DNA from: Nymphaea colorata
Taxonomy: Eukaryota
DNA length: 64,000 nt
Reading direction: 5' to 3'
NCBI RefSeq assembly: GCF_008831285.2
Contig: NC_045138.2
Coordinates: 40,052,001 to 40,116,000 of the forward strand
The stretch's first letter is position 1; each line of letters starts with the position of its first letter. This document shows positions 13,280 through 25,934 of this stretch, piece by piece. A program made the position numbers and the translations under genes. The notes below the pieces were generated by a model that worked only from the letters and a program-made list of their open reading frames with translations, searched no databases and had not been told where the DNA came from.

Positions 13280-15640
13280 TCAGCAGCAACATTTGACTCC
13301 ACAGCCAGCAAGAAATGTGCGCCATAGCACAGGATTGGTGCCAAAAGGCATAGACTTGATCACCTTTTCTGCCTCTTCCACATTGCCACTCTTGCAAAGC
13401 AAATCAACTACACACACTAAGTGCTCCATCTCAGGATCAAGTCCAAAAAAACTTTTCATGTTTTGAAACAGAGACAACCCTTCCTCCACTAGCCCAGCGT
13501 GCTTACATGCTGATAAAGCCGCAAGAAGAGTAACATGGTCTGGTTCGACTCCTTGCAATTTCATCTCCTTGAAGCTTTTGATAGCTTGCTTTGCTTGTCC
13601 ATGAAGTCCAAAGGCAGAGATCAGTACCGTCCATGACACCACATTCTTCTGAGGAATGCTATCAAACACTTTGATGCAACCGTCCAGTGCCCCGCACTTC
13701 GCATACATGTTCATAAGAACATTGAGAACTAAGACATCGCACTGCTCATAGTTAGTCTTGAGCATGTAACCATGGATTGCTTGTCCAGTACCCAGATTAC
13801 AAACCTCAGAACAAATGCTAAGAAGACTGGTAAACGTGTAATTATCGGCCTGAGTACCTGTTTTCTGCATTCTGTGAAAACATTCAAATGCTTCGCTAAA
13901 CTTCTTGCTTCGCGAGCAAGCAGAAACAATGATATTCCAAGACACTGCATCAAGATGTGCTAGCCCAGAAAGAAGATTGTATGCTTGATCATAGTTACCA
14001 GATCGGTTGAGGATCCCAGCAATTACGTTCCAAGCTATAGGGGATGGGTGCCCAGATGTTCCACCAGCCAATGAGTAAGCATCAGACATGAGACCCTTCT
14101 TTGCAAACATGGAAACAATTAAGCTTGACACATATGGGTTGTTAAGAAGACCCCTCCTGATTATCTGAGAAAGGATCTGTAACCCATTTTCAGGACTAGT
14201 CATTGACGATCGGCTAAGAAAATAAGAAAAAGTATATTCGTTGGGACTAACATCAGACTTCATCATTTCTCCCATGAGTTCTTGAAGAGATAAATTGTCA
14301 TCGCCTTTGTAGGTAGTATTCACTGCAGTGGTGCCAGCATACTCTGCTCTATGCATCAAAGCATTCCAGTGAACTACACCCTTCTCCGGCCTTCCACGAA
14401 AAGCTTTAAGAGCTTCTATTAAATGGTCACATTTCGCATATAATGCAATTATTGCACTAACCACGTAAGGGTCGTCTTCAAAATTTGCCTTGATAGCCTT
14501 ACCATGGACAGATCTACCATAATTGAGGTTTCCTGTACGAGCACAAGAACTAAGAACCATGGAGAATGTTCCCTGACTAGGCCTGAAACCCTCGCTTAAC
14601 ATCTTCAAGAACAACTCCAATGCTTTGTCATCTCTCCCTTTCTTCAGGAACGACATTATCAATGTATTCCACGATATAGAGTCTCGAACAAGCATTTCAT
14701 CAAACACCGTCTCAGTACTTCCAAAAGCCATAAATTTCGCATACATATCAGCGACAGCATTGGCGATCACGACGTAGAACATTCCACCGAACTTAACAAG
14801 CAATCCGTGAATCTGCTCACCAAGTTCGACACCCTGCATTTGTCGACAAGCACTGATAGCAGCCACAAATGAAGACTCTGATGGTCGGATATCCTCGCTT
14901 CTCATCAATTCGCGAAACCACATCCCTGCTTCTTTAGAAAGTCCGTGCTCGGCAAATCCCGAAATCACTACGTTCCATGTAACTACGTTCCTTTGAGGTA
15001 TTTCATCGAACAAATTGAGGGCATCATCCAGGCAACCATATTTCACCAACACGCCCAGCAGCGCAGTGCCCGCGTGCACTTCCCCAGAAAGTCCAGTCTT
15101 CACCATTAGCCCATGCAATTGCACTGCATTTGGAAGCGAGAACGAAGCACAACACAGTGGCAGCACGCTACCCAATGTAAACTGGTTTGGCATGAACCCA
15201 TTACCCATCATGAGCGAAAGGAGCTCCCAGGCCTCATCCACAAGGCCATGACGAGCATGAGCAGCAATTATCGAGTTCCACGAGGCGATATTTCGTTCAG
15301 GCATTTCGTCGAACACTTGATTAGCAGATAAAAGGTCGCCAAATCTAGCATAGAGAGTGACCAAATTGTTCTGGAGAAATAAGGGTTGGTGAGATCCGAC
15401 GGTAATGGCGAGGCCATGAAAAGATTTCGTGGATTTGATGGTATCAATTTGTCTGGCATCCGACCGAAGGATGAAGTTAAGTCGACGATGAAGGCCGGAA
15501 GGATCATTCTCGTCGTGGGCAGGGGAGAAATGGAGGTCATAAGGACAGCCTGGAGATTTTGAAGATTTGACTCGCTGAAAGAGAATGTAGTTGCGAAGAT
15601 GAATGTGAGATAGAAACTTGGGGCGATTTAGAGAAAGCAT
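13280..15640 (-). CDS. PLS-class pentatricopeptide repeat protein, 786 aa, intronless, At3g58590-like; no full E/DYW domain
   Basis: Long ORF with repeated PLS motifs (VFDEMPERNIASWN, LFDEIPQRNVVTWN, MYAKCG...VVSWT, EHLVCVVDLL); ends shortly after MPFGTNPVLWRTFL. Confidence 0.95.
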   Translation of the reverse strand: MLSLNRPKFLSHIHLRNYILFQRVKSSKSPGCPYDLHFSPAHDENDPSGLHRRLNFILRSDARQIDTIKSTKSFHGLAITVGSHQPLFLQNNLVTLYARFGDLLSANQVFDEMPERNIASWNSIIAAHARHGLVDEAWELLSLMMGNGFMPNQFTLGSVLPLCCASFSLPNAVQLHGLMVKTGLSGEVHAGTALLGVLVKYGCLDDALNLFDEIPQRNVVTWNVVISGFAEHGLSKEAGMWFRELMRSEDIRPSESSFVAAISACRQMQGVELGEQIHGLLVKFGGMFYVVIANAVADMYAKFMAFGSTETVFDEMLVRDSISWNTLIMSFLKKGRDDKALELFLKMLSEGFRPSQGTFSMVLSSCARTGNLNYGRSVHGKAIKANFEDDPYVVSAIIALYAKCDHLIEALKAFRGRPEKGVVHWNALMHRAEYAGTTAVNTTYKGDDNLSLQELMGEMMKSDVSPNEYTFSYFLSRSSMTSPENGLQILSQIIRRGLLNNPYVSSLIVSMFAKKGLMSDAYSLAGGTSGHPSPIAWNVIAGILNRSGNYDQAYNLLSGLAHLDAVSWNIIVSACSRSKKFSEAFECFHRMQKTGTQADNYTFTSLLSICSEVCNLGTGQAIHGYMLKTNYEQCDVLVLNVLMNMYAKCGALDGCIKVFDSIPQKNVVSWTVLISAFGLHGQAKQAIKSFKEMKLQGVEPDHVTLLAALSACKHAGLVEEGLSLFQNMKSFFGLDPEMEHLVCVVDLLCKSGNVEEAEKVIKSMPFGTNPVLWRTFLAGCGVKCCC

Positions 15641-15983
15641 GCAAGAAAAGTCTCTTCCTTCTCAGCTGTTGTGAATTTACAGGCTCGAGCGTTTCCAAAA
15701 ATTTTTCTCTGGAGAAAGAATTTTCAAGGATAAATGGTACTCGAAAAACGAAGCTATATACACTGATCCAGGAACTCCTCCGTCGCTTGTTCTCGTAATT
15801 CGGAAGTTGGAAATATAAAACTCACGCAGTGTATCGTTTCATGCTAATCGAAAGCTACAGATGAATTATAATGGTCAGTTCGATTTTAATCTGCTAGTTT
15901 TTTGAACTCTTCCTGCAAGCTTCGAACGATCTTAATTCCCACTTTTGTCTCCAGTCAAAAGCCAAATCAAGCTTCACTTCTTT

Positions 15984-16221
15984 TCCGGTGAGCAAGGGGT
16001 ATTAATCCCACCACCCGAAAAAAGCCCGAAGGCCCCCCATTCCCCCTGCCTCCGGGGTCCTGAGCTGCGTCGATGTTAGCGATAGCAACGGTGCACCCTT
16101 CAGCTTAGATGTCGCGCCCTACCGCCTTAAGACACAGGAACATAACGCCCACGGGAATCGAACTATAGACCTGCCTTAGTACAGGCCCCTAGCTCAACCA
16201 GCTACGCTATGCCCTTGAGGC
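15984..16221 (-). mobile_element. tRNA-derived SINE, 238 bp, with 19-bp TSD
   Basis: Perfect direct repeat aatcaagcttcacttcttt at 15965-15983 and 16222-16240. Minus-strand Pol III A box TAGCGTAGCTGG (16209-16198) and B box GTTCGATTCC (16163-16154). Confidence 0.9.
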
Positions 16222-17197
16222 AATCAAGCTTCACTTCTTTAAAAATATTGGCAATGCCGATGATCTTCCTAATGCACCTTCCGATCAATGCACCTAATTG
16301 GGATTTCACTTCCAAACCCTCCTTGCTGGAATCCGCAACCACCATTTGCTCTAACTTCCCTTCTCCATGTTATCAAAATCTTCATCTTCTTCTCCTGTAA
16401 TCTATTAGCCACCACATATGTTTATCAACTTTTCTTTTACAGCTATGAGGTGACACTTTTTCATGACACTTCCTCAACTCAACCGATGGTTCTGCACTCT
16501 TGGGGAGAGATCTTTGAGACACCTTTTCCCACTAAATTCATCCAATTTGGAACTGCCAACATAGTTCTTTTGTTCCAGACGAATTAGAAATAAACCCTTT
16601 CCCAAAGGGGGAAAGAAAAGCCACATGTGTTTCTTATATCTAACTACTGCTCTTTCAATCTAGAGAAAATATATTTATATTTTAGAATTTTGCAAACGCA
16701 CAATGAAGTTCATATCTTTCAAGAGGAATAAGAATTGTTTAGAGAGAACCCTCACCGATATGAAAAGATATATAAAATTTAATCAAAATAACAAATTTGA
16801 AAAACTGTTAAAATTCGACATCCGGCATCCTTGAATTCGAGTCAGACTATTTTGACAGAACTGCATGGAGGTGGTTAAAGTTGGTCTCAAACAGTTCGGG
16901 TCAAAACTGGAGCTTAAAATGCACATACAATAAACAAAATTATCTAAAACAATGTTTAAAACTTTTATCTGTCTTTTTGACAGTTAGAATTACGCTTATA
17001 AAGTGTAAGGCTGTAAGCCACCCCATGAGAGAGAAAGAGAAAGAGACTGAAGATCAAGTTTCGAATGAAGTTGGTGACTGAATATAGTAACATGATTTAC
17101 TTTCATTATCATTGTGGGGCACCTTTTTCGCCCACTTTTTTGTCATGGGCCAAGGCCACGCATTTTTTTTTTTCGTTACTTTACTTGTCAATACTTG

Positions 17198-17285
17198 TAT
17201 GAGCTCATGATATTAGCTTTCTATTTTCTACTTTCTCTCCCTTATGAGCTCATGATATTAGCTTTCTATGTTCTACTTTCTCTCC
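17198..17285. repeat. Tandem duplication, 45-bp period
   Basis: tatgagctcatgatattagctttctat(t/g)ttctactttctctcc occurs twice. Confidence 0.9.
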
Positions 17286-19154
17286 ACTTTGTGTGTGTAT
17301 ACATGCGTGTGTGCATGCGTATAAGAGAGAGATTTGTATAGTACTGTTGCAAAAGCCCGCAATCTGAACGGTAAATGTGGAAGGCAAAATACATATATAT
17401 ATCATGTCTGCACGAGTGTGTGTATAGATAAGAGAGAGATACGATAAAATAGGAATTCATTTGTTGATAGATAGTCACAAAGAAAGCATAAGACAGCAAA
17501 AAAACAACAAACAAAGACAATAAAGTAAACAAAGAAACCATAAAACAAGGAGAAATAGAATGAATAGCAAAGAAGAGAGTGTTGGTGTATGGAAGTTGAT
17601 CCATACTGGACACTCATTTGCAATACCGCGGATCCAACTGCGGGTTGGGGGTTCGGGGGCGTTAGCCTCCGAGGGAAATTTTCTCTTTATGTAAGGGCAT
17701 ATATGTCATTTTGTATAAATGCGGGTTTGCCCTGATCCTTATGTTTTGAGGATGGCCGCCGCTTGAGAGTGTCTGTTCTGTGTGTTTATAGAAGAGAGAA
17801 TACAAGAGATCTGTGCGACCGTGGACGTAGGAGATTATTACTCCGAACCACGCAAATCGTTGTCTTCTTCCCCTTCTTGAGAGTGCGAGATGAGAGTTTA
17901 TTCTGTGTTGATCCTAACAGAGAGAATGTAGAAGAGAGTGAAACTGAAGAGCTCGTCTGCTGCTGAGCGCAACCGCTGGCCAAGGCGAAGTGCAAGATGC
18001 ACATCAGCCACCCTGAGAGAAAAAGAATGAGAGAGAGAGAGAGTAGGACCTTAGGATCTAAGAAAAGCAAAGCAGTGGTGGACAACATCTACGTGGTAGT
18101 GGGGGAGATTGCCCAATGGGTTGACCTCGGTGAGCCTCGATGTTCCCCTCCGAAAGAAAAAGCTTCTGATCTGGATCTAACGTTTTCAACTTTTATTTTC
18201 TTCTTCTGTCTTTGCTCTACCACTAACCGACAATTATGAGCTTGAATAACCATATCACTTTCCTCAAAGACGTGCTTTTAATCCTTTATATCGAAAGAAA
18301 ATTATGTCACTTGCGATAAGTTTAACCTCCCCTCCTCCACAGTCCACTTTCTAATCATGTTCTTATTGAGAACAGTTGTATCCAATTCACTGTCCCCCTC
18401 CACCTTTATAGCAGTGCAACAAAAGAAGAGCACCTTTTTCCTTCATTTCCTCTACTTTTTTTACAACTAGTGTTGACATATCTCGTGCATGATTGGAGAC
18501 GCCGGAGGAACATTCTTTGCTAATATAGATAATGCATTCTTCACATGTCATTCACTTTGCCCTTTTCTCATAGGCCGCGACCACCATGACTGCGTGGAAG
18601 CAGAAAGGATATCAAAAGCAAATGTCAAGCAGAAGCATGGAAGCGAATTTTGAAAAGTGTCGCATTAGCATAGTCGATGAGGTTCATAGGTAATATACAC
18701 AGAGGCACGTGTGCTTGGGACACTGTGCATAGGCTCATGTCTGAAAGTGGATTAGAGCATGGCACATGTCATGCATGGGCCTATGCGATGAGAAGCCACA
18801 GAGAGATGAAGTGGAAGCTAGCAAGCTCAATTTCAGAAATATGGGGTCTACTAACTGTTAGATGTGCACATGAATTGGATGAATTTATACAGTATTTAGG
18901 TTCTTTTTGTTGTGAATCAATTAATCTAACTAATTTATTTGCATTTGACTGATCGGGGATTCGATTCATGACCCAAGTTCAGCACCTCATTCTTGGACTC
19001 AGATCTCAATTGATCTTTTAATCCGCATCCGAACACTAATTTCAAAGTTTAACCTAAGATGATCCGGTTTTTAGTGGATCTGATATTCGTATAAGGATTA
19101 AGTTTTTGACATTGCCCAGCCCATATGGTCCTTTAGTTGCTTCCCTTGCCAGTG

Positions 19155-19228
19155 GAGCCAAACAGAAAGAATACTGTTTGGACAGGATTGAGCCAAACAG
19201 AAAGAACACTGTTTGAACAGGATTGAGC
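19155..19228. repeat. Tandem duplication, 35-bp period, each unit with a small hairpin
   Basis: gagccaaacagaaagaa(t/c)actgtttg(g/a)acaggatt x2; caaacag/ctgtttg form a stem. Confidence 0.9.
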
Positions 19229-20592
19229 TAACCTTTCTTTTCTAAGTAGTTATAAGTAACATCAGGCAGGAAATTAATGGGGATTCGGGTATGGTTAATC
19301 TTTAAGTGGACCACTAAGAGGCAAGGCAAGTGCCTGCACCTGTCGTTCATCTGCTGCATTGCTCGTCTCTAACCTTCATTCTTAACCCAGCATTCCATAA
19401 TAACTTGTTTTTTCTCTAGGAAAATGAACATTACCCTGTGTATTTTCTGGTGCATGGTACATCCACCGCTACTCCAATGCATTTCTCCCTCTAAGTCGGA
19501 ATAAAAAGATTTTTGAACCCCCTCTTCCAAATCGTCAAAAAAGATTCATTTTTCCTTTGTAAGGAGCCCACTTACGAATACTCCACAGTATGAGAAGTTC
19601 TTAATGTCAGTTAAGTTCATGGGTCTCCATTGAATTGGCCAACAATAGTATTTACTGCTTCTCCCAAGCCAACCAGGTCACCATGAGTGGGACTCAAACC
19701 ATAACATATTCCAGTGCAATGCATTGGACTGCTTGTGTGAGACATCTGAATGGACAGATGGACAAAAGAATCCAATGACCTGATATGTATGTAATATATA
19801 TATGTGCATGAATTGGATGTATAATTTCCAAAAACAAGAAAATTTTAACAGTCTTGTTGCCTGTATAATTTCAGCTGTATGTATGATCCGTATACTGTGT
19901 AAGACCATATTCCGCAAGGTTATTGTTATCAGAACTGCAATAACTACTCCACTAGTACGGCGTAGACAAAAATCCAAATTAGCGTGGAATAAAGGAGCAC
20001 ACAAATCCTTTTTCTTTTTTTGCATTCATCATGATTTCCTCGCCGTTGTCAATTCGCAGAAGATATTAGCGTTGAACTTCGACAATCTCAGGCTAAACAT
20101 ATTACTGATTTATTCAGAATAAGCTGCTGCGCAGCATACCCAAAACTTGCACCGCCACACTCTTTTGATAAGAAAAGGATATGGTTTTAGATTTCATTAG
20201 CTAGTGCACCATCATAGAGAACGGGGACAGGATAAGCCGTGGATTTGCGTTACAACTGAATCCTAACCAATGGGCAAGGGACATAGAATCCGTAATTGTT
20301 ACATCAAAGATCAAGATCAATATATATTTGCCCACCGTAGAAAGATTGAGTAGCTTAATTAAGGACAATCAATATCAACGTGGACCATCTTAGATATTGC
20401 ATGAACTGTACTAATCCATTCCGCAAATATCAAATTCCAGTAATTAACCATAGATTCACAGCTGCCCAAAAAGGAAAAACTGTACAAACAAAAAAGTTGG
20501 GTCTTCTTGTTCTCAAAGTGCTGGAGCTTAAGGGGTTTGGGGTTGGATATTCAATATCTTTATAGGCGACCGACTTTGTGGAGTTTGCAAAA

Positions 20593-20832
20593 GCCTTGAG
20601 GGGCATAGTGTAGCTGGTTGGACTGATAGATCTATGAAAATTTGGTTGTTAGTTTGATTCAGGTGGTCGCTACTCACACTCTATTCCCACCTACATCATC
20701 CCGAAGTAGTCTTAAACACCGAACACTAGAAAAAAAGGGGGAGGGCTTTAGCTTCTTGAGGTATCAACTCTTCCACTTGCAGATCATTTTGAGAACCCTT
20801 CCCCCATATTAATGTGAACAAGAAGAAGAAAG
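20593..20832 (+). mobile_element. Diverged tRNA-derived SINE with a head related to the 16 kb copy
   Basis: Head gccttgaggggcatagtgtagctggttg versus gcctcaagggcatagcgtagctggttg; degenerate B box agtttgattc; (aag)n tail; no clear TSD. Confidence 0.55.
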
Positions 20833-21679
20833 TAGGAGTACCTTTCCTTTCTCGTGGCTTTCCCGATCATATCCAGCAATGATGTTTATGGTTTATTATT
20901 TTTTAAGAGGCTTGTCCAATTAATCAGACAGAAGCCTTGTTGTTCATCCCAACATCTTAGCCGGAGGCCATTAATGACCAGGTCTCCTTGATAAGAGATC
21001 TGATCAGGGGCCTATGGAAACAAATTAAGAAACATAAGAAATGCAGCTTCATTTGGAGGGTCTGGTTAAATACATGGTCGGAGATATAGACAACTAATAA
21101 GGATAGTAAGAAAAATCTTGTTTTACGTACTGGCAAAACGGCAGGGAAGAACGGCGGCACCAACTACATCTTGCTGGCACTTCATAGTTCATACTCTCTC
21201 TCTCTCTCTCTCTCTCTCTGAATAATCCTTCTTTTCGAGTAGCCACCCCATTTGAGCTTTTGTTTAAAGAACTACTCGTGCTTGTCCTACAAAATTGTTC
21301 ATCGTTCCTTTACAGGTGAGGTTGAAGACGTTAAAGGCGCTTCTTTCCTTCTTTTCTAAAGGGAATTCTCTTTTCGTAGATGTTTATCTAATAAAGTTCA
21401 ATGACCTCTGCTGGGAGTTGTTCTTCCAATCGAGTTGAATCAAAAGAATATGTACAGAAAAAAGAAGTTTACTTAATAAAGTCAATCAACGTACGTTCGG
21501 CTGCTAAAGAAAAAGGGTCTCCCCGGTCCCTACCATGACAGCCCCCATCCAGTTGACAAGTCATCCCCCACGCTGGGACCATTATTCTGTCCACCAATTA
21601 AAATTGACCACGTATGCAAAAGCATTCAGACCGGCCCCACTGCAGCTCAAACATATATATACATGATGCTCTTGTTGTC

Positions 21680-21682
<3 letters not shown>

Positions 21683-21736
<54 letters not shown>
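21683..21736. repeat. (TA)n microsatellite downstream of the CLE gene
   Basis: Long perfect AT dinucleotide run; (CA)n(GA)n follows at about 21815-21857. Confidence 0.95.
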
Positions 21737-22007
21737 CAGATTGCTGCAAAACCTTGTCGATTCTGTAAAAGAAGCTTAAATATTCTTGCCAATGACTATA
21801 TATATATCTACCTGCACACACACACACACACACACAGAGGGAGAGAGAGAGAGAGAGCATACAACAATTTATTGGACAGAAAATTGCATGACATACATTT
21901 ACATTCAAACGTTTGAAGTCACTCGGGGGACAAAACTTTCATGCCTCTTCTCTTTGATCTTGAGAGTAAAAAGGGTCAAGAGAACTACGTGCAAAAAAGT
22001 TTTTAAG

Positions 22008-22277
22008 TTAGGAATTAGACTGGAAGTGGTGCTGGGGGTCGGGACCTCCGGGACTCAGCCTCTTGGACTCGTACCCTGCCTCCGCCATCCTCTTACTCCT
22101 CCCCCTCCCTCCGAATGCCGATGATCCGCTGCCATGGCGCAGCTTCCGATTCGATTCAAGGCGTTTCCTCTCCCTCGCCGTCATTCCCCCACCGCCGCCG
22201 GCATCAGACACAACTCCTTGAGTGCAGATGAGAGCCACTACCACCGCCACTGCCACCCAGTTTCTCAAGCTAGCCAT
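22008..22277 (-). CDS. CLE: CLE (CLAVATA3/ESR-related) signalling peptide precursor, 89 aa, CLE1-7-type peptide RLSPGGPDPQHH
   Basis: Hydrophobic signal peptide (WVAVAVVVALICTQGVVS), variable region, then SKR-LSPGGPDPQHH CLE box and a 5-aa extension. Confidence 0.93.
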   Translation of the reverse strand: MASLRNWVAVAVVVALICTQGVVSDAGGGGGMTARERKRLESNRKLRHGSGSSAFGGRGRSKRMAEAGYESKRLSPGGPDPQHHFQSNS

Positions 22278-22312
22278 GGCGATTGATGCTGCAAGTTCAG
22301 CAGGTCGTGGGC

Positions 22313-22319
22313 TTTTATA
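22313..22319 (-). promoter_or_regulatory. TATA box of the CLE gene
   Basis: CTATAAAAG on the minus strand about 36-42 nt upstream of the ATG at 22277. Confidence 0.55.
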
Positions 22320-23518
22320 GTTGCAGGCTTGCAGCAGTCGATTCTGTCACCATCTTAGTTTAAAGAACTCCTCTGCAACTGTATGTATAAAAAAATGAAA
22401 AGAGAGGGAATGAGTGCGTGAAAGTGGTGATGATGAGGAGGCCTGATGGCTTCTGCTTCTGCCCGTTACATGCCATTAACTAACCTTCTAAGGAATTTAA
22501 AAATGCCATCAACCGTCGCCACTCTGGGTCCTCCATTAATCTCCTCTACCAAACACCCCTCGGAATTTCGCTGCGTCCTCTCTCTCAATTTTAATTTCCT
22601 TAATGAATCTTTCCTTTTCCTCGGCTCTCTCTCTCTCTCTATCATATTTATATATATAATATATATACATATTTATATGTGTGTTTGATTTGTTTGTTCT
22701 TCTATCAGATCAGGGACGCATATCCATGGGAGAGGAGAAGATTTTATCATCCAATCCCATGCAGTGCTATTGATAATCTAGTCAGGCAAAGTTTGCCTTT
22801 AGGGCTGCCCATAACATTCGTGTCCACGTGTCGCGCTGCTGTTGGTGGGTCGTGTATGTGACGCCGGAAAGGGTGGCCATGCATATAGAGGATGCCACAC
22901 ACGCATGCAACATCCAAGAAATCTTAGCCTTTGATTGGAGAGTGCCACACACGCATGCACGTTCTTTCTTAAACCAATCCTTAGATTTGGAGTTGGATCC
23001 AGATCGCAGGTTTGATATTTGGAAATCCCTTCCATTCATGCTAGATATGTATAGCTATTAAGTTCAATTTCTCTTGGTATTGTAACTGTTGCTTCTCTGA
23101 CCCCAGTCTCCTTTCAACCCAAAAGATAAACGGTGAAATATATACAAGGTGCAGTAGAAAGCAAACCAAACGTAATATATGACTCTCAATCGCAACATTC
23201 AGTAGGTTGTGTCATCTGAAATCTTGTTTTTAATGATTGGATTCAATCAAATTTAGGTATGGATCAATCCCATAAGATCCGAGTCACTCCCTCAAGATCA
23301 ACTAAAATTTGTTATCTATATATTCAATGTGCATAAACAAAAAATATCTTCTTGCGACTTTATAGACTGGCAATTACATTCATTTTGTACGAAACAAGCT
23401 CGTCTAAGCGCGTGATTTCCAATGAAAGGTCAAACCCGAAGCTTCCATTTAATAAGGAAAAAAAAAATGCTTACTCATGTCGCGATCATTCTGATTGAAC
23501 ATAGTCAAACTGTCAACC

Positions 23519-23519
23519 G

Positions 23520-23552
<33 letters not shown>
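23519..23552. repeat. (GATA)n microsatellite
   Basis: About 8 GATA units. Confidence 0.9.
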
Positions 23553-25934
23553 CTTGATTAAGAACTGAGATAGTGGGAGCACTTGCCGTCCGCACTCAAA
23601 AGAAATGCTAACGCCAACAAGGTATAGAGTATATGGCTTCTACATAAAAAGAAATGGTGTTTTATATATATATATACCAACATGCTATTTATGCGGCTAC
23701 AAATTCCTATGTTGTCTTTCATTAGTGAGAAGATTACATGATGGGTTGGATTAGTAGCTAATGGGATAATTGTTTAACGTACGGGATCTTATCGCTGTTC
23801 ATCAGCATGACGTATCCGGTACTCTTGAACGCCAGATTCATGCGTGAGTGGGGGAAAACGCTTATAATCTTCTTAAGAACACCTTTAGAATTGGGGGGCC
23901 AACCGGCTGAGGTGAGCTTCATCGATATCTATAGTTCCATGCAATCAAGATGCATGGTCTGGAATTCCTTTCCAAAGTCATGAATCATTCAGACTTTGAA
24001 ATTTAATCATATCCTGCTGACATCTGTGATTGTGAAATCCTGGGGTCCAACTTTGTTCTTTATGAATTGAGAAGATTTAAAATATATAAAAATAATTTAG
24101 AACACGAAAAACTAAAAAATCAAAACATGCTTTGGTCTCTTGTAACCAGGAGCAGATGTAATACATATCGGCTGATACACTCTAATATGGAACATTGATA
24201 ACATGGGATTGTGATTGTCCAACAACTATGGACTAACACATAATGACGGCAAAATTGATGAAGTTCCAACTTCTTGATTAATTAACCATGCTCTAAATGC
24301 TTGTTTCGAACATAGGGGTAGAAATGAGTATATATATATGTATAAGAGAGAGCGAATTAAGCATGGTTTTGAATAATAAAAACAGGAGCCTATACTTATG
24401 CCCAAAAATAAAGAGAAAAAGGAAAGACTGTGTAAACAAAATTTTGCTTCATTCTTGGTGGATTTATCCTTGTAATCGATAAGGTTAACGAGTCATGAAG
24501 AAAGTCAGTTGGAATTCTTGAGATAAGATCGACGGTGATGTGGATATAAATCATTCTGAGTAGACCAAGTAGTGGCGGATAGTGATATACACTCTTTAGT
24601 ATGTCACTGTATGAGCTCTAAGTTTGACCCATCTTCGCTAGAAGGTGTAGCACAAAAGAACAAAAAGTCCCCTTTACTTTGATGACTTGAGATAAATTCT
24701 GCACGTCATTCTTCCAATACTTCAAAAAGCGTTTTAGCAACTCAAATATATCATCATCACTGACCTTTTCTCCGCCTTCTTTTTTCTCTGTCACTATCTC
24801 CTTTTTTTTTCCCTCCTGCAGCCATACTTCTCTCCAAGATGGATAAATCTTGGAAAGGAAAGGAGACTTGAAAACTAGTCTTTTACTCATTTCCCATATC
24901 TGTTAGTCCTAATTCCATGTGGACTAATGGAACATGATGGGCCGGTGGGGAAAGCATTAAAATATTGCACATAAATGATCCTTTAACACTAAGTTTTACG
25001 TAGGTGAAGGCCTTTCATATTTTATTTGACTTAAAATCACTATTGGGTTATTGTTTAATGCTCTTCGGACGAATATATCATCCCATTTTGCAGCATCCTT
25101 GAACATCATTTATGCATCTAGTTTTCCTTTCTTTCTTTTTTAGGTAAACGAACCCAATTGTAGTTAAAGCAAATATATCTAATTCATCATATAGTATAAG
25201 TATTGATAATTAATCTGGAGTGTCATATTTCCTCGCTTTTTATAACCTCATCGGACCGGTGCTGCGGATCTCTTATCTTGTTTGAATCTGAAACACGGTC
25301 CTCGTTGTTTCTAGTTTGACAAGAATATCTTTCTTGAAGCAGTGGAAAACTTCAATAACAACACCTCATGACCATACAAAGGTAACCAAGTAGTGTGAAC
25401 ACATCGTTGCTTTTAGTGGTGCGTTAGCCATTTGAATTGACTGAATGCAGCTGATGTTGAATATCACATAAGAGGTTACGTGTTTGCTTTTAAACTAAGT
25501 CCGTAGTAGTTTTTATCCGTGGGACTTTGCTGCCCCCTAGAGGGCTCTGTTCTAACTTGTTTCAGAGAGGGAGAAAAGGCAGCCCTTTAGATCCTCCATC
25601 AGTTCTCAGAACCGTAGAGCAGATGTTACGTATCCCTGTTGTTCTAGTTTATCCTGCCAGAATAAACATGATACAAGTCTCTGGCTTTTCTTATTTCAGG
25701 GAAACCGATCGAATTCAGAATCTCTCCGTTCAATTTTAATCAGAAACCTTGACAGCAGCTTTTTCTCTATTCCAGCGGTCTCAAAATTGAAAACTTACAA
25801 CAAGATGGAACCCAATTGCCACAAAACCAGCTTTCCAATATGTGTATATGAAAGAAAAGCCCGACAATAGAATGCAACACGACTGCCCAAGACGGCGATG
25901 CAGTTAATTACAAATTTACAGACTATACAGAAAA

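Noticed and set aside
16140..16221. tRNA gene
   Set aside because: Has A and B boxes but no convincing cloverleaf; TSD and extended body indicate a SINE.
17625..18240. Possible Mutator-like element end with captured GA-rich sequence
   Set aside because: No partner TIR or TSD found in the window.
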